Assembly: GCF_000091665.1 (NCBI RefSeq)
Contig: NC_000909.1
Coordinates: 503,581-535,580, forward strand
From: Methanocaldococcus jannaschii DSM 2661
GTDB taxonomy: Archaea > AGJL01 > Methanococci > Methanococcales > Methanocaldococcaceae
Length of the DNA: 32,000 nt
Reading direction: 5' to 3'
The position numbers and the translations under genes were made by a program. Below the pieces are notes generated by a model, which ran no database searches, was not told the DNA's origin, and saw nothing but the letters and a program-made list of their open reading frames with translations. Within the stretch, counting starts at the first letter, position 1, and every line of letters starts with the position of its first letter. This document shows positions 1-10,707 of this stretch, in pieces.

Positions 1-926
1 GAAAATGGCTTTGAAACATCGAATGTAAATTTAAACAACATCCATAAAAATGGGATAATCAATAAAGTTCCTATTTTTTCATCTGTTAAAACATCATCAA
101 GCATTTCAGTAGTTGTTAGCTTTCCAGAAGTTTTTTTCATTACTTCTTTAACTATTTTATCAATAACCTTATACCTCTCCTCAACTATCCCCAATTCTGC
201 CTCTCCATATTTTTTAGATAATTCATTTATAATACTATCCAATACTGGTTTTAATTCATTCCAAACTTTGCTATTTTTTACAATCTCTTCAACATACTTA
301 TCATTTTCAAGGAGCTTTATAGCCAAATATCTCAGATTATACTTCTTTAAATCTTCATCCTTCTGTAAAATAGAGGTTATTTTTTTAATGTAAGGCTCAA
401 AGTTTGGATACTTGATTTCAGCTGTTTTTTTATCTTTTACAGCTATAGATATAGCTTTTTTTAAATCTTCAATACCCATCTTTTTAGCTGCAGATAAAGG
501 AACAACTTTAACTCCTAAAATCTTCTCTAATTTATCTACATCAATCTCTATTCCTAAACTTTTAGCTAAATCCATTTTATTTAAAGCCAACAATAAATTA
601 GCCCCCATTTCCATTAACTGTAAAGTTAAATATAGATTTCTTTCTAAGGCAGTAGCATCAACAATATTAACGACTAAATCTGGTTTTTCGTTTATTATGT
701 AGTCTCTTGCAATAATCTCATCAATAGAATTGGCTGTTAAACTATAAACTCCAGGTAAATCAACAACTTTAAATTTTTCTCCATTATATTCAAACTCTCC
801 TTCTTTTTTCTCTACAGTTACTCCAGGCCAATTTCCAATATATACATTTTCCCCAGTTAAAGCGTTAAATATGGTAGATTTACCAACGTTTGGGTTACCG
901 ATTAAAGCTATTTCATAGCTTTTCAT
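1..926 (-). CDS. feoB: Ferrous iron transport protein B, GTPase N-terminal part (3' part of gene runs off the left edge)
   Basis: Reverse-strand reading from ATG at 926 gives [43 protein letters not shown]..., with the [10 protein letters not shown]-loop and DLPGVYSL G3 motif typical of FeoB. It overlaps feoA, as in many feoAB operons. The reading stays open to position 1. Confidence 0.9.
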   Translation of the reverse strand, partial: MKSYEIALIGNPNVGKSTIFNALTGENVYIGNWPGVTVEKKEGEFEYNGEKFKVVDLPGVYSLTANSIDEIIARDYIINEKPDLVVNIVDATALERNLYLTLQLMEMGANLLLALNKMDLAKSLGIEIDVDKLEKILGVKVVPLSAAKKMGIEDLKKAISIAVKDKKTAEIKYPNFEPYIKKITSILQKDEDLKKYNLRYLAIKLLENDKYVEEIVKNSKVWNELKPVLDSIINELSKKYGEAELGIVEERYKVIDKIVKEVMKKTSGKLTTTEMLDDVLTDEKIGTLLIIPFLWMLFKFTFDVSKPF

Positions 927-1161
927 TCTCTCCCCCATACTCAGCATCCTCTACCATTATTTTCATCGCTAAACCTCTCCCTATTGCTATATTGCTTCCT
1001 TTAGTTGATATTATTACAGGTCCATTCTGATTTCTTATAACTTTTAATTTACTTCCTATATTAATCCCCATGCTTACCAATCTCTGCATAGCTCCACAAC
1101 CAGCGTCAATTTTCTTTACTATAACTTCCTCTCCCTCTTTTGCAAATGCTAATGGATACAT
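913..1161 (-). CDS. feoA: Ferrous iron transport protein A, 82 aa
   Basis: ORF track; FeoA/SH3-like pattern ([56 protein letters not shown]); 14-nt overlap with feoB. Confidence 0.9.
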   Translation of the reverse strand: MYPLAFAKEGEEVIVKKIDAGCGAMQRLVSMGINIGSKLKVIRNQNGPVIISTKGSNIAIGRGLAMKIMVEDAEYGGENEKL

Positions 1162-1182
1162 AATACCACAACATTTATATAT

Positions 1183-1218
1183 GGTTAAATGATTTAATTA
1201 TAGTTAAAATTTTTAACC
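1183..1218. promoter_or_regulatory. Candidate operator between divergent feoA and DtxR-like regulator
   Basis: Perfect inverted repeat gttaaaa-t-ttttaac (1203-1217). Outer ggttaaa (from 1183) also pairs with tttaacc (ending 1218), and further GTTAAA copies flank it. Confidence 0.4.
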
Positions 1219-1265
1219 GTAGTTAAATAATAACATGCAGGGTATAAAAACCTTTCGGTGGCATC

Positions 1266-1643
1266 ATGTCTCAAAGTATTGAGGATTATTTAGAGAGGAT
1301 TTATTTATTCATAAAAGAAAATAACAGACCAATAAAAACAACTGAACTGGCTAAATTGTTAAATATAAAGCCATCAGCAGTTACAAATATGGCAAAAAAA
1401 CTGCATAGATTGGGTTATGTTAATTATGAGCCATATATTGGGATAACTTTAACTGAAAAAGGCATTGAAGAGGCTAAAAAAATATTGGACAAACATAAAA
1501 CAATTAAAATATTTTTAGTGGAGTTTTTAGGATTGGATGAAAAAACAGCATCTGAAGAAGCTTGCAAATTAGAACATGCATTATCAGATGAAATATTAGA
1601 GAGATTAAAAATTTTTATGGAGAAATTTAAAGATAAAGTTTAA
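1266..1643 (+). CDS. DtxR/MntR/IdeR-family iron-dependent transcriptional regulator, 125 aa
   Basis: MSQSIEDYLERIYLFIKENNRPIKTTELAKLLNIKPSAVTNMAKKLHRLGYVNYEPYIGITLTEKG is a typical DtxR HTH; divergent from feoAB. Confidence 0.9.
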   Translation: MSQSIEDYLERIYLFIKENNRPIKTTELAKLLNIKPSAVTNMAKKLHRLGYVNYEPYIGITLTEKGIEEAKKILDKHKTIKIFLVEFLGLDEKTASEEACKLEHALSDEILERLKIFMEKFKDKV

Positions 1644-2518
1644 TTTTTTAATTTTAGTCCAATTTTTTTCCCTAATTCAACTGCCTTATCAATCTCATCA
1701 ATTTTACATTTAACCTCTCCAGAGGCATTTTTTAACTCATCGTTGGTAACAACTGCAGCTTTTAATTTTAATAACTCATTTTTTTCATCATAAACTGCTA
1801 AAGCTCCAAATGGAACACTACAACCTCCTCCAAATTCATTTAATGCAGTTCTTTCACATAAACTCTCTAAGTAAGTTCTTTCATGGTTAATCTCTTTTAA
1901 GATGCTTTTCATTTCCTCATCATCTCTTTTGCAAGCAACGGCTATAATTCCTTGAGCAGGAGCTGGAAGGATATCCAATCTTTTATAGTTAAAATCCTCT
2001 AAACTAACTCCCAATCTTATTATTCCAGCTTCAGATAAAACAATAGCATCATAAAGCCCTTCTTTTAGCTTTCTTAATCTTGTATCTACATTTCCCCTCA
2101 ATAACTCAAATTTTGCATTTGGATAAATAAACTTTAAAAAAGCCCTCCTCCTCATACTTGAAGTTCCTATAACTATTTTACTATCTTCATTAAAATCTAT
2201 ATCCTTATTCCATATTAGCAAGTCGTGATAGCTATCTCTCTCCAAAACAGCCCCAACCATTAAATTTTCATTCCAAATAGTTGGAATGTCTTTTAAGCTA
2301 TGAACTGCTATATCAATTTCGTTATTTAACATGGCTAAATCTAACTCCTTTGTAAAAACGCCAATACCTATATCCGATAGCTTTTTATCTAAAACCCTAT
2401 CTCCAGTAGTTTTAATTATCTTTATTTCTACCTTATAACCAAGATTTTTTAATAGTTCAGCCACTTTGTTAGCTTGATATAATGCCAATTTACTACCTCT
2501 TGTCCCTATTCTAATCAT
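1640..2518 (-). CDS. hemC: Hydroxymethylbilane synthase (porphobilinogen deaminase)
   Basis: IRIGTRGSKLALYQA, HSLKDIPT, IGTSSMRRRA, LRGNVDTRLRKL, NEFGGGCSVPFGA motifs. Confidence 0.97.
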   Translation of the reverse strand: MIRIGTRGSKLALYQANKVAELLKNLGYKVEIKIIKTTGDRVLDKKLSDIGIGVFTKELDLAMLNNEIDIAVHSLKDIPTIWNENLMVGAVLERDSYHDLLIWNKDIDFNEDSKIVIGTSSMRRRAFLKFIYPNAKFELLRGNVDTRLRKLKEGLYDAIVLSEAGIIRLGVSLEDFNYKRLDILPAPAQGIIAVACKRDDEEMKSILKEINHERTYLESLCERTALNEFGGGCSVPFGALAVYDEKNELLKLKAAVVTNDELKNASGEVKCKIDEIDKAVELGKKIGLKLKN

Positions 2519-2527
2519 AATCTCCCT

Positions 2528-3199
2528 TTATTCTTTATCAACCAATTTTGCCTTTTTTATATGGTAAATTCCCCAAGTTTCATGCCATTCTATCTCTGCC
2601 TCAACAACCTCTATCCTCTTTTTAAACATTGGAGCATCAAAAACGAATGTCTCAGCTTCTCCTCCCTCAAACGCCTTATGTATTCCATATTTTTCACAGA
2701 TATTTAATAATTTATCAATATTTTCCTTGGTTATTCTCTTTCCTAACCATTCTTTTCCTAAGCCATAAGCATAGACACCAACAATTCTCACATTAAAAAG
2801 CTCGCTAACAGTTCTTAAAATCCACTCTGGGTCTTTGTGCCATAATGGAGCAAAGGATTTTAATCCAAGTTCCTCACAAACTCTGTCAATCCTTGACTTT
2901 TGATAAATACTTGCCACAGCTCCTGTAACAATCCCCTCAACATCTAATTTTTCAAGCCCTTTTTTTAAATCTTCAACTTCTTTTTCTTTTTCTCCTTTTG
3001 TGTATAGTTTTATTAGAGGAATTCCTACAGCTTCAGCACTTAACTCAGTTAAATGCACATTTGGAATATGGAACATGTAACTTTCTTTATTCTCACTTTC
3101 AACATTTACAAGGTATTTTACATCAAAACCTTCTTTTAATGCCCAGTATAGTGCATAGTTTGAATCTTTTCCTCCAGAATACAAAACAGCGACTTTCAT
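2528..3199 (-). CDS. dph6: Diphthine--ammonia ligase family (Dph6 / ATP-PPase)
   Basis: [19 protein letters not shown]-loop, the [14 protein letters not shown]-like segment ([20 protein letters not shown]), length 223 aa. Confidence 0.85.
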
Positions 3200-3229
3200 A
3201 CAATCACCATAAAATTGGTTGGTTATAAA

Positions 3230-3683
3230 AATATAGAGTAAAGTATATATTTTTTGTTACCATAATTTTATTATAGATATAGGTTTGGAATTTCTGATTT
3301 TGTTGTTTGGTTTATTGATTGTCTTGTTGGATAAGTTTAGAATTTGAAAATAAGAGCATTTAGAAGTTATTAATTAGTTCAAAGGATTTTTATTTAATTT
3401 CTAAGGGTTTGCTGGTTTGATTATTTAGAATATTTAAGTTTATTGAATTATTCAGATTTTTGAAAATAAAAATTAAATAATTATCTAAATAAGATTTCTC
3501 TAACAGACAAGTTAAATTTTTGAATTTAAAAAGATAAAAATGCTTAGTTTTAGTAAAGAGATAAAATTTTAAATACTAAAAGGTTTATATTGTAAGATGG
3601 TTATTTACCCTTAGAAAAATATGGTATAGAAAAGCTTAAATATTAAGAGTGATGAAGTATATTATGTTGTGAATGATTGCCCT
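3230..3683 (+). promoter_or_regulatory. CRISPR leader / M. jannaschii 'long repeat' segment
   Basis: AT-rich, no credible ORF, directly adjoins the repeat end with perfect repeats; the opposite end of the array is degenerate. Exact left boundary is uncertain. A TATA-like ttaaatatta lies at about 3636-3645. Confidence 0.7.
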
Positions 3684-4534
3684 GTTAAAATCAGACCGTT
3701 TCGGAATGGAAACTCTGATTTTAACTACCGAAATTTTTATATATGGATTTATATATAAATTGTTAAAATCAGACCGTTTCGGAATGGAAACTTTTATCCC
3801 TCCAAAAAATAAAAGAATAAATAAAAGTTAAAATCAGACCGTTTCGGAATGGAAACAGTGTAAATGAAGATTTCTTAACTATATTGCAACAAGCGTTAAA
3901 ATCAGACCGTTTCGGAATGGAAACAATTCTCTACAGAAACTAAATACAAATGACTTGTTAAAATCAGACCGTTTCGGAATGGAAACCAAAACATGAGTGC
4001 AGAAGAGGCAAATAACATTCTACAAGTTAAAATCAGACCGTTTCGGAATGGAAACCCCCCGAAAAGGTTGGAAACTCAGCAAAACTAATCGTTAAAATCA
4101 GACCGTTTCGGAATGGAAATATGGAACAAGAATGAGAATCTCTGGAGTGGATGTTATTAAAGTGTTAAAATCAGACCGTTTCGGAATGGAAACCTTATTG
4201 CCTCTTCAAATCTATAAACTATAGCATCAACACCGGTTAAAATCAGACCGTTTCGGAATGGAAACTTTTTATTTTAATAATGTTTCTATCATCTTAATTT
4301 TGAGTTAAAATCAGACCGTTTCGGAATGGAAACTTTTTATTTTAATAATGTTTCTATCATCTTAATTTTGAGTTAAAATCAGACCGTTTCGGAATGGAAA
4401 CAACTAAATCTAATTGAGATTTTTTTGGTTCATGTCTATTAAAATCAGACTGATTCGGAATGGAAACATAGTTCTTTTTCCTTCTACCTCCCAAAATTGT
4501 TTATAATTAAAATCAGACCTCTAAGAGGATGAAA
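3684..4534 (+). CRISPR. CRISPR array, 13 repeats / 12 spacers, consensus GTTAAAATCAGACCGTTTCGGAATGGAAA
   Basis: Repeat starts: 3684, 3762, 3827, 3895, 3957, 4028, 4091, 4164, 4236, 4304, 4372, 4438 (degenerate), 4506 (strongly degenerate). With 29-bp repeats the spacers are 49, 36, 39, 33, 42, 34, 44, 43, 39, 39, 37 and 39 nt. Spacers 9 and 10 are identical. Confidence 0.98.
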
Positions 4535-4814
4535 ACTAAGAAAAATTATATTTCACTATTTTTTCAAATATTTTTAGTATAAAGAATAAAAATAATTAAA
4601 CTTCTTTAAGAGAAAGCTTTTCCTAAATAGTTTTAATCAAATTTAAAAATAGAACATTATATTCTCTTTTTAGCTTATGAACTAAAAATATAAAAGGTTA
4701 ATAAAAAGATGCTCCAATAACTCCTAACTCCCCAATAAAGAAAAATTTTAAATATACATGGTCTAAAATTTTGTGTGGTTAATCTTATCAATTATAAAAT
4801 AATTTTTGGTGTAA

Positions 4815-6239
<1,425 letters not shown>

Positions 6240-6278
6240 AATCTTTTATTTTTTATTTTTAATTTTTAGGGTGTTAAT

Positions 6279-6539
6279 ATGGATGAAAATATTAAAAAGG
6301 CAGAGTATTATTATAAAAAAGGTGTAGAAGTTGGAAATAAAGGAGATGTAGAAAAAGCCTTAGAGTATTTTAACAAAGCAATAGAATTAAACCCATTTTA
6401 TAGAGATGCATGGTTTAATAAAGCTTTAGCTCTGAGAATTTTGGGGAGGTATGAGGAAGCAAGGGAGTGTTTTTTTAGAGGTTTAGCTGTTGAAAAACAT
6501 CTGACGCATAAAAAATATAATTCTGATGATGAAAAATGA
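6279..6539 (+). CDS. Small TPR-repeat protein, 86 aa
   Basis: AEYYYKKGVEVGNKGDVEKALEYFNKAIELNPFYRDAWFNKALALRILGRYEEARECFFRGL: tandem TPR motifs. Confidence 0.85.
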   Translation: MDENIKKAEYYYKKGVEVGNKGDVEKALEYFNKAIELNPFYRDAWFNKALALRILGRYEEARECFFRGLAVEKHLTHKKYNSDDEK

Positions 6540-6576
6540 ATAAACTTCTTTATTTTATTTTAAAATTTATCGATAT

Positions 6577-6634
6577 ATTTAAATCTTTTTTAAAAATATT
6601 AAAATGTATTAATTAATCGAAAGGTATAAATATT
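6577..6634 (+). promoter_or_regulatory. Extended shared promoter, copy A
   Basis: atttaaatcttttttaaaaatattaaaatgtattaattaatcgaaaggtataaatatt. BRE/TATA-like core cgaaaggtataaata; near-identical to copies at 8232-8289 and 11910-11967. Confidence 0.7.
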
Positions 6635-6680
6635 ACCTAATATATTTTTACTCATAAGCGGAAAATAATGAGGTGGGGAT

Positions 6681-7250
6681 ATGAATCCAGAGATGATTAT
6701 GGAGATGATGAATTCAGACATTGCTAAAGAAATGGCTCCTAAAATGATGCCAAAGATGATGCCTTTAGCTTTAGAGAAGTTTTTGCAATATATTCCTGAA
6801 AATGAAAGAAAGGAGTTTATAGCAAGAATTGTTGATATAATTGTAAGCAAGGATGAGAATAAAGAAGTTTCTGCTGAATATTTGGATATGTTTGAAGCCC
6901 TACTAAATGTTAAAGGTTTAAAAATCCATTCAAGAGGAGGAAAAGGGGCAATAAAGGAAAAAATATCCCCAATGGATTTGTTTTTAGCTGGGCTTTGTGG
7001 ATGTGTTTGCATAGCTGTTGGTAATACATTAAAAGCTAACAACATAGATGCTGAGATAAAAGTAGATGGAAAGGTTGAGAAATCCTTTGAAGAAGGAAAG
7101 ATAAAGAAGGTAATTATAAACATCTATGTAAAAGTTGATGGAGACATAGACAAAGAGAAATTAAAGAAATTAGTTTTAGAAGGCTCAAAAAAATGTTTAA
7201 TAAGCAACTCTATAAGCTGTGAGATTGAGAAGAATGTCATCCTTGAATAG
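6681..7250 (+). CDS. OsmC-like family protein with N-terminal Met-rich helical domain, 189 aa
   Basis: SRGGKGAIKEKISPMDLFLAGLCGCVCIAVGNTLKANNIDAEIKVDGKVEKSFEEGKIKKVIINIYVKVDGDIDKEKLKKLV...KKCLISNSISCEI resembles OsmC/YhfA peroxiredoxin-like folds. Confidence 0.75.
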   Translation: MNPEMIMEMMNSDIAKEMAPKMMPKMMPLALEKFLQYIPENERKEFIARIVDIIVSKDENKEVSAEYLDMFEALLNVKGLKIHSRGGKGAIKEKISPMDLFLAGLCGCVCIAVGNTLKANNIDAEIKVDGKVEKSFEEGKIKKVIINIYVKVDGDIDKEKLKKLVLEGSKKCLISNSISCEIEKNVILE

Positions 7251-7283
7251 GATTTGTCTCATTTGAATAACTAAGGGATATTT

Positions 7284-7565
7284 ATGTGGCCTTGTCCAAT
7301 AGGTTTTGGAATGGTTGGATTTCCAATTTTTGGATTTTTCTTTATGGGATTGTTTTTTGTTATTGGAATAGCAGTTTTTATAATAATTATTATTACCATT
7401 GTGGATATTTTAAAGAGGGATGCTTTAGATACTCTTGAAAAAATCTTATGGATATTGGTTGTCTGGTTTTTAGGGATAATTGGAGCAATAATTTACTATC
7501 TGTTATCTAAAAGAAACTCTAAGAGTAAAGGAGATAACAATGGCAAAAATATTGGTAGTAACTGA
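7284..7565 (+). CDS. Small membrane protein, probable PLDc_N-type two-TM domain, 93 aa
   Basis: Two hydrophobic segments around [38 protein letters not shown], a PLDc_N-like pattern. Confidence 0.65.
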
Positions 7566-8229
7566 TGGAGCTTATGGATACAGGATTAAAGGAACAATAA
7601 ACTCCTTTGGAAAGAAAAATAAATTCATTGGAATCTATAAAATCAACAAACCAGATGATTTGATAGTTGATGATATAGAGTTTCCAGATGAGTTGTTGGA
7701 AAAAATTAAAGAGGCTGATATTTTATTGCTTTATACTCAACATCCAGACAACACCTATTATCTCTGCTATGAGGCAAGGAGATTGAATAAAGATATTGCC
7801 ATAATCGTTGCTACGTGGAGTGGAGAGGGAGAGAAGAAGGAGCTAAAGAAGTTTGATGCTATATGTCCAGAAGAGATGTGTTTGTTGGATGAAAATGAGG
7901 TTGGAAGCTTGATAGATAAATATCCAAAATTAAAAGAATTTTTAGAAGAATTTGGAACTCCAAAGGTTAAGGTTTATGTTAAAGACAACAAAGTTATAGA
8001 TGTGGAGGTTTTAAGAACATCTATCTGCGGTTCAACCTTATTTATGGCTAAGCTGATGAAGGGAATGGAGGTTAATGATATTGAAGAATTTGCCAAAAAA
8101 TCTGCCATGCTAATTCAAAGATATCCATGCGTTGCTGGGAAGATAAAAATTTTTAGAGGAGATTGTAGAAAGCAAAAAGCATTAAACATACACAAAGAGG
8201 CTGTTTTAGAAGGGATAATTTTCATTTAA
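7540..8229 (+). CDS. Conserved archaeal protein, possibly DUF166 family, 229 aa
   Basis: ORF track; [39 protein letters not shown]...[20 protein letters not shown]...[28 protein letters not shown]. Overlaps the upstream ORF by 26 nt. Family name from memory. Confidence 0.6.
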
Positions 8230-8231
8230 AT

Positions 8232-8289
8232 ATTTAAATCTTTTTTAAAAACATTAAAATACATCAATTAATCGAAAACTATAAATATT
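8232..8289 (+). promoter_or_regulatory. Extended shared promoter, copy B
   Basis: atttaaatcttttttaaaaacattaaaatacatcaattaatcgaaaactataaatatt; same 58-bp block as copies A and C. Confidence 0.7.
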
Positions 8290-8340
8290 TGTTGTGTATT
8301 TTATTTTACCCATAAGTGGATATTTTAAAAGAGGGAGAGC

Positions 8341-9384
8341 ATGTTAGAGGCGTGTGAATCAAAATTAGACATAATTAAAAACTTCGTCCCTTCATGGTTT
8401 GCTGCAGTGATGGGAACTGGAATCTTAGCAGTTGATAGCTTACTATATTCATCTTATTTGCCAATTTTAAAAGATGTTGCAGTTGGATTGTTTTATTTCA
8501 ATGTTTTGTTGTTCTTTATATTCTTAGTTCCCTGGGTTTTAAGATGGATTATGTTCAAAGATAATGCTTTAGCTGATTTAAAGCATCCAGTTTTGAGTGC
8601 CTTTTATCCAACCATTGCAGTTAGTTGTTTAGTTTTAGGAGCTGACTTTATAAATATAGGGCATAATATGTTTTGGGGTGGAGTATTTTGGACTCTTGGT
8701 GCTATTGGCATGTTTTTATTCAGTTTGATAGTTCCGTTTTATATGTTTAAGTCTGAAAGTATAAAGTTAGACCATGTTAATCCGGGTTGGTATATTCCAC
8801 CTGTTGGTTTGATAGTTATTCCAATTGCCGGGAGTTTGATAATGCCTCATTTAACTGGAGTTTGGCATGAATTAACAGTTCTTATTAACTACTTCGGTTG
8901 GGGGGCTGGATTTTTCTTATATTTAGCTTTATTAGCAGTGGTAATTTATAGGTTTATACTGCATCATCCTCTACCCTCAGCAATGGCTCCAACAGTATGG
9001 ATTAACTTGGGGCCAATAGGGGCTGGAATTGTTGCCTTAATAAACATGGTTAATAACTCCCCATTCATAACAATAAAAGAGCCGTTTTATATCTTCTCCT
9101 TCATATTCTGGGGGTTTGGATTATGGTGGAGTTTGATGGCTATAATAATGACTCTCTACTATGTTAAAAAGCTAAAACTTCCTTATGCAATGTCATGGTG
9201 GGCATTCATCTTCCCATTGGGAGCTTATGTTGCATCATCACATTTAGTTTATAAAATATTCAAATTTAGTATAATCGATTACATAGGCTTTGGATTATAC
9301 TGGTTGTTATTCTTCTTCTGGGCGATAACTTTAATAAAAACAACAAACAAAGTTTATACTGGAGAAGTGTTTAAAGGTCATTAA
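8341..9384 (+). CDS. TDT/TehA/SLAC1-family transporter, 347 aa
   Basis: About 10 hydrophobic segments; FVPSWFAAVMGTGILA, WAHLTGVWHELTVLINYFGWGAGFFLY, HHPLPSAMAPTVWINLGPIGAG motifs of the tellurite-resistance/dicarboxylate transporter family. Confidence 0.85.
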   Translation: MLEACESKLDIIKNFVPSWFAAVMGTGILAVDSLLYSSYLPILKDVAVGLFYFNVLLFFIFLVPWVLRWIMFKDNALADLKHPVLSAFYPTIAVSCLVLGADFINIGHNMFWGGVFWTLGAIGMFLFSLIVPFYMFKSESIKLDHVNPGWYIPPVGLIVIPIAGSLIMPHLTGVWHELTVLINYFGWGAGFFLYLALLAVVIYRFILHHPLPSAMAPTVWINLGPIGAGIVALINMVNNSPFITIKEPFYIFSFIFWGFGLWWSLMAIIMTLYYVKKLKLPYAMSWWAFIFPLGAYVASSHLVYKIFKFSIIDYIGFGLYWLLFFFWAITLIKTTNKVYTGEVFKGH

Positions 9385-9391
9385 TAAAAGG

Positions 9392-9880
9392 GTGAGTGTT
9401 ATGTATAAAAAGATTCTTTATCCAACTGACTTCTCTGAAACTGCTGAGATTGCATTAAAGCATGTTAAGGCGTTTAAAACTCTTAAGGCGGAAGAAGTTA
9501 TTTTACTGCATGTTATAGATGAAAGAGAAATCAAAAAGAGAGATATATTCTCTCTACTCTTAGGTGTTGCAGGTTTGAATAAATCAGTTGAGGAGTTTGA
9601 AAATGAGCTAAAGAATAAACTTACTGAAGAAGCTAAAAATAAAATGGAAAATATCAAAAAAGAACTTGAAGATGTTGGATTTAAAGTTAAGGATATTATT
9701 GTTGTAGGAATTCCTCATGAAGAAATTGTTAAAATAGCTGAAGATGAGGGAGTAGATATAATTATAATGGGTTCTCATGGAAAAACAAACTTAAAAGAGA
9801 TATTACTTGGTTCAGTTACTGAAAATGTCATTAAAAAATCAAACAAACCAGTTTTAGTTGTTAAAAGAAAAAATAGCTAA
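9392..9880 (+). CDS. Universal stress protein A family ATP-binding protein (MJ0577-like)
   Basis: MYKKILYPTDFSETAEIALKHVKAFKTLKAEEVILLHVID...IMGSHGKTNLKEILLGSVTENVIKKSNKPVLVV: the ATP-binding G-x2-G-x9-G(S/T) motif. Matches my memory of the MJ0577 sequence. Confidence 0.95.
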   Translation: MSVMYKKILYPTDFSETAEIALKHVKAFKTLKAEEVILLHVIDEREIKKRDIFSLLLGVAGLNKSVEEFENELKNKLTEEAKNKMENIKKELEDVGFKVKDIIVVGIPHEEIVKIAEDEGVDIIIMGSHGKTNLKEILLGSVTENVIKKSNKPVLVVKRKNS

Positions 9881-10707
9881 ATAAATTCTTTTAATTTTTC
9901 ATAAAGCTCTTTTATTGATTCTGATACTTTGCTATTACTATCACAAAGCAAAATCTTATTTGCAATCAATTTTGGAACATCAAAATCAAAAGGAATTGAA
10001 TGGAATATTTTGAATGGGTAGTTAATGTTATTCATGCCCTTTTTATTCTCAACAATTAAATATTCAACATTAAAGAAATTTAGTGTTTCTATTAATCTTA
10101 AACAATCATTAACACTTGATTTTGTTGGCTCAACTATACATAAAGCTAAATCAACATCTTTAACCGTTGAGATTAATGGACATCCAACTCCTGGAGGGCC
10201 ATCTATAATCCCCAACTCTGCTTTATATTTTTTGGCATGGTTTTTTATATGCTCAATAATCTTTCCACTTCCACTCTCACCAACCTCTAACTCTCCCCAA
10301 ATTAACGGAAAGCCAACAAAACCTTCGTAGATATAACCACTTTCACGTTTAATTGGCTCTATTGCATCAAATTCACAGATTAGCTCACAAGCTCCACAAC
10401 CTTCACACAGTATTGGATTTATCTTAAAATCCCCTATAGCGTCAAATTGACAGACATCTAAGCATTTTCCACATCTTATGCAGTCATCATTTATCTCATA
10501 TATCTCACGATAGATAACTTCCAACAATTTTTTATCTTTAACATCAAACATTAAGTTAAAGTTTGGTGCATCAACATCACAATCTAATGCTACAATATTA
10601 AACTCTTTTGAAAACAGCTTAGCTAAGGATGTTGAAATAGAAGATTTTCCTACTCCTCCTTTCCCTGAGATAATTGCTATCTTCATTATTATCCCCAAAT
10701 AATCCAA
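9877..10707 (-). CDS. MinD/Mrp-like P-loop ATPase with inserted 2x[4Fe-4S] ferredoxin domain
   Basis: ISGKGGVGKSSISTSLAKLF; CIRCGKCLDVCQFDAI...CEGCGACELICEFDAI; IDGPPGVGCPLISTV. Confidence 0.93.
   Translation of the reverse strand: MDYLGIIMKIAIISGKGGVGKSSISTSLAKLFSKEFNIVALDCDVDAPNFNLMFDVKDKKLLEVIYREIYEINDDCIRCGKCLDVCQFDAIGDFKINPILCEGCGACELICEFDAIEPIKRESGYIYEGFVGFPLIWGELEVGESGSGKIIEHIKNHAKKYKAELGIIDGPPGVGCPLISTVKDVDLALCIVEPTKSSVNDCLRLIETLNFFNVEYLIVENKKGMNNINYPFKIFHSIPFDFDVPKLIANKILLCDSNSKVSESIKELYEKLKEFI

Noticed and set aside
412-702. Plus-strand ORF 96 aa
   Set aside because: Antisense to feoB, whose GTPase motifs are clear on the minus strand.
2998-3228. ORF track + strand 76 aa
   Set aside because: Lies antisense within the 5' end of the Dph6-family gene; low-complexity, no start signal or family resemblance.
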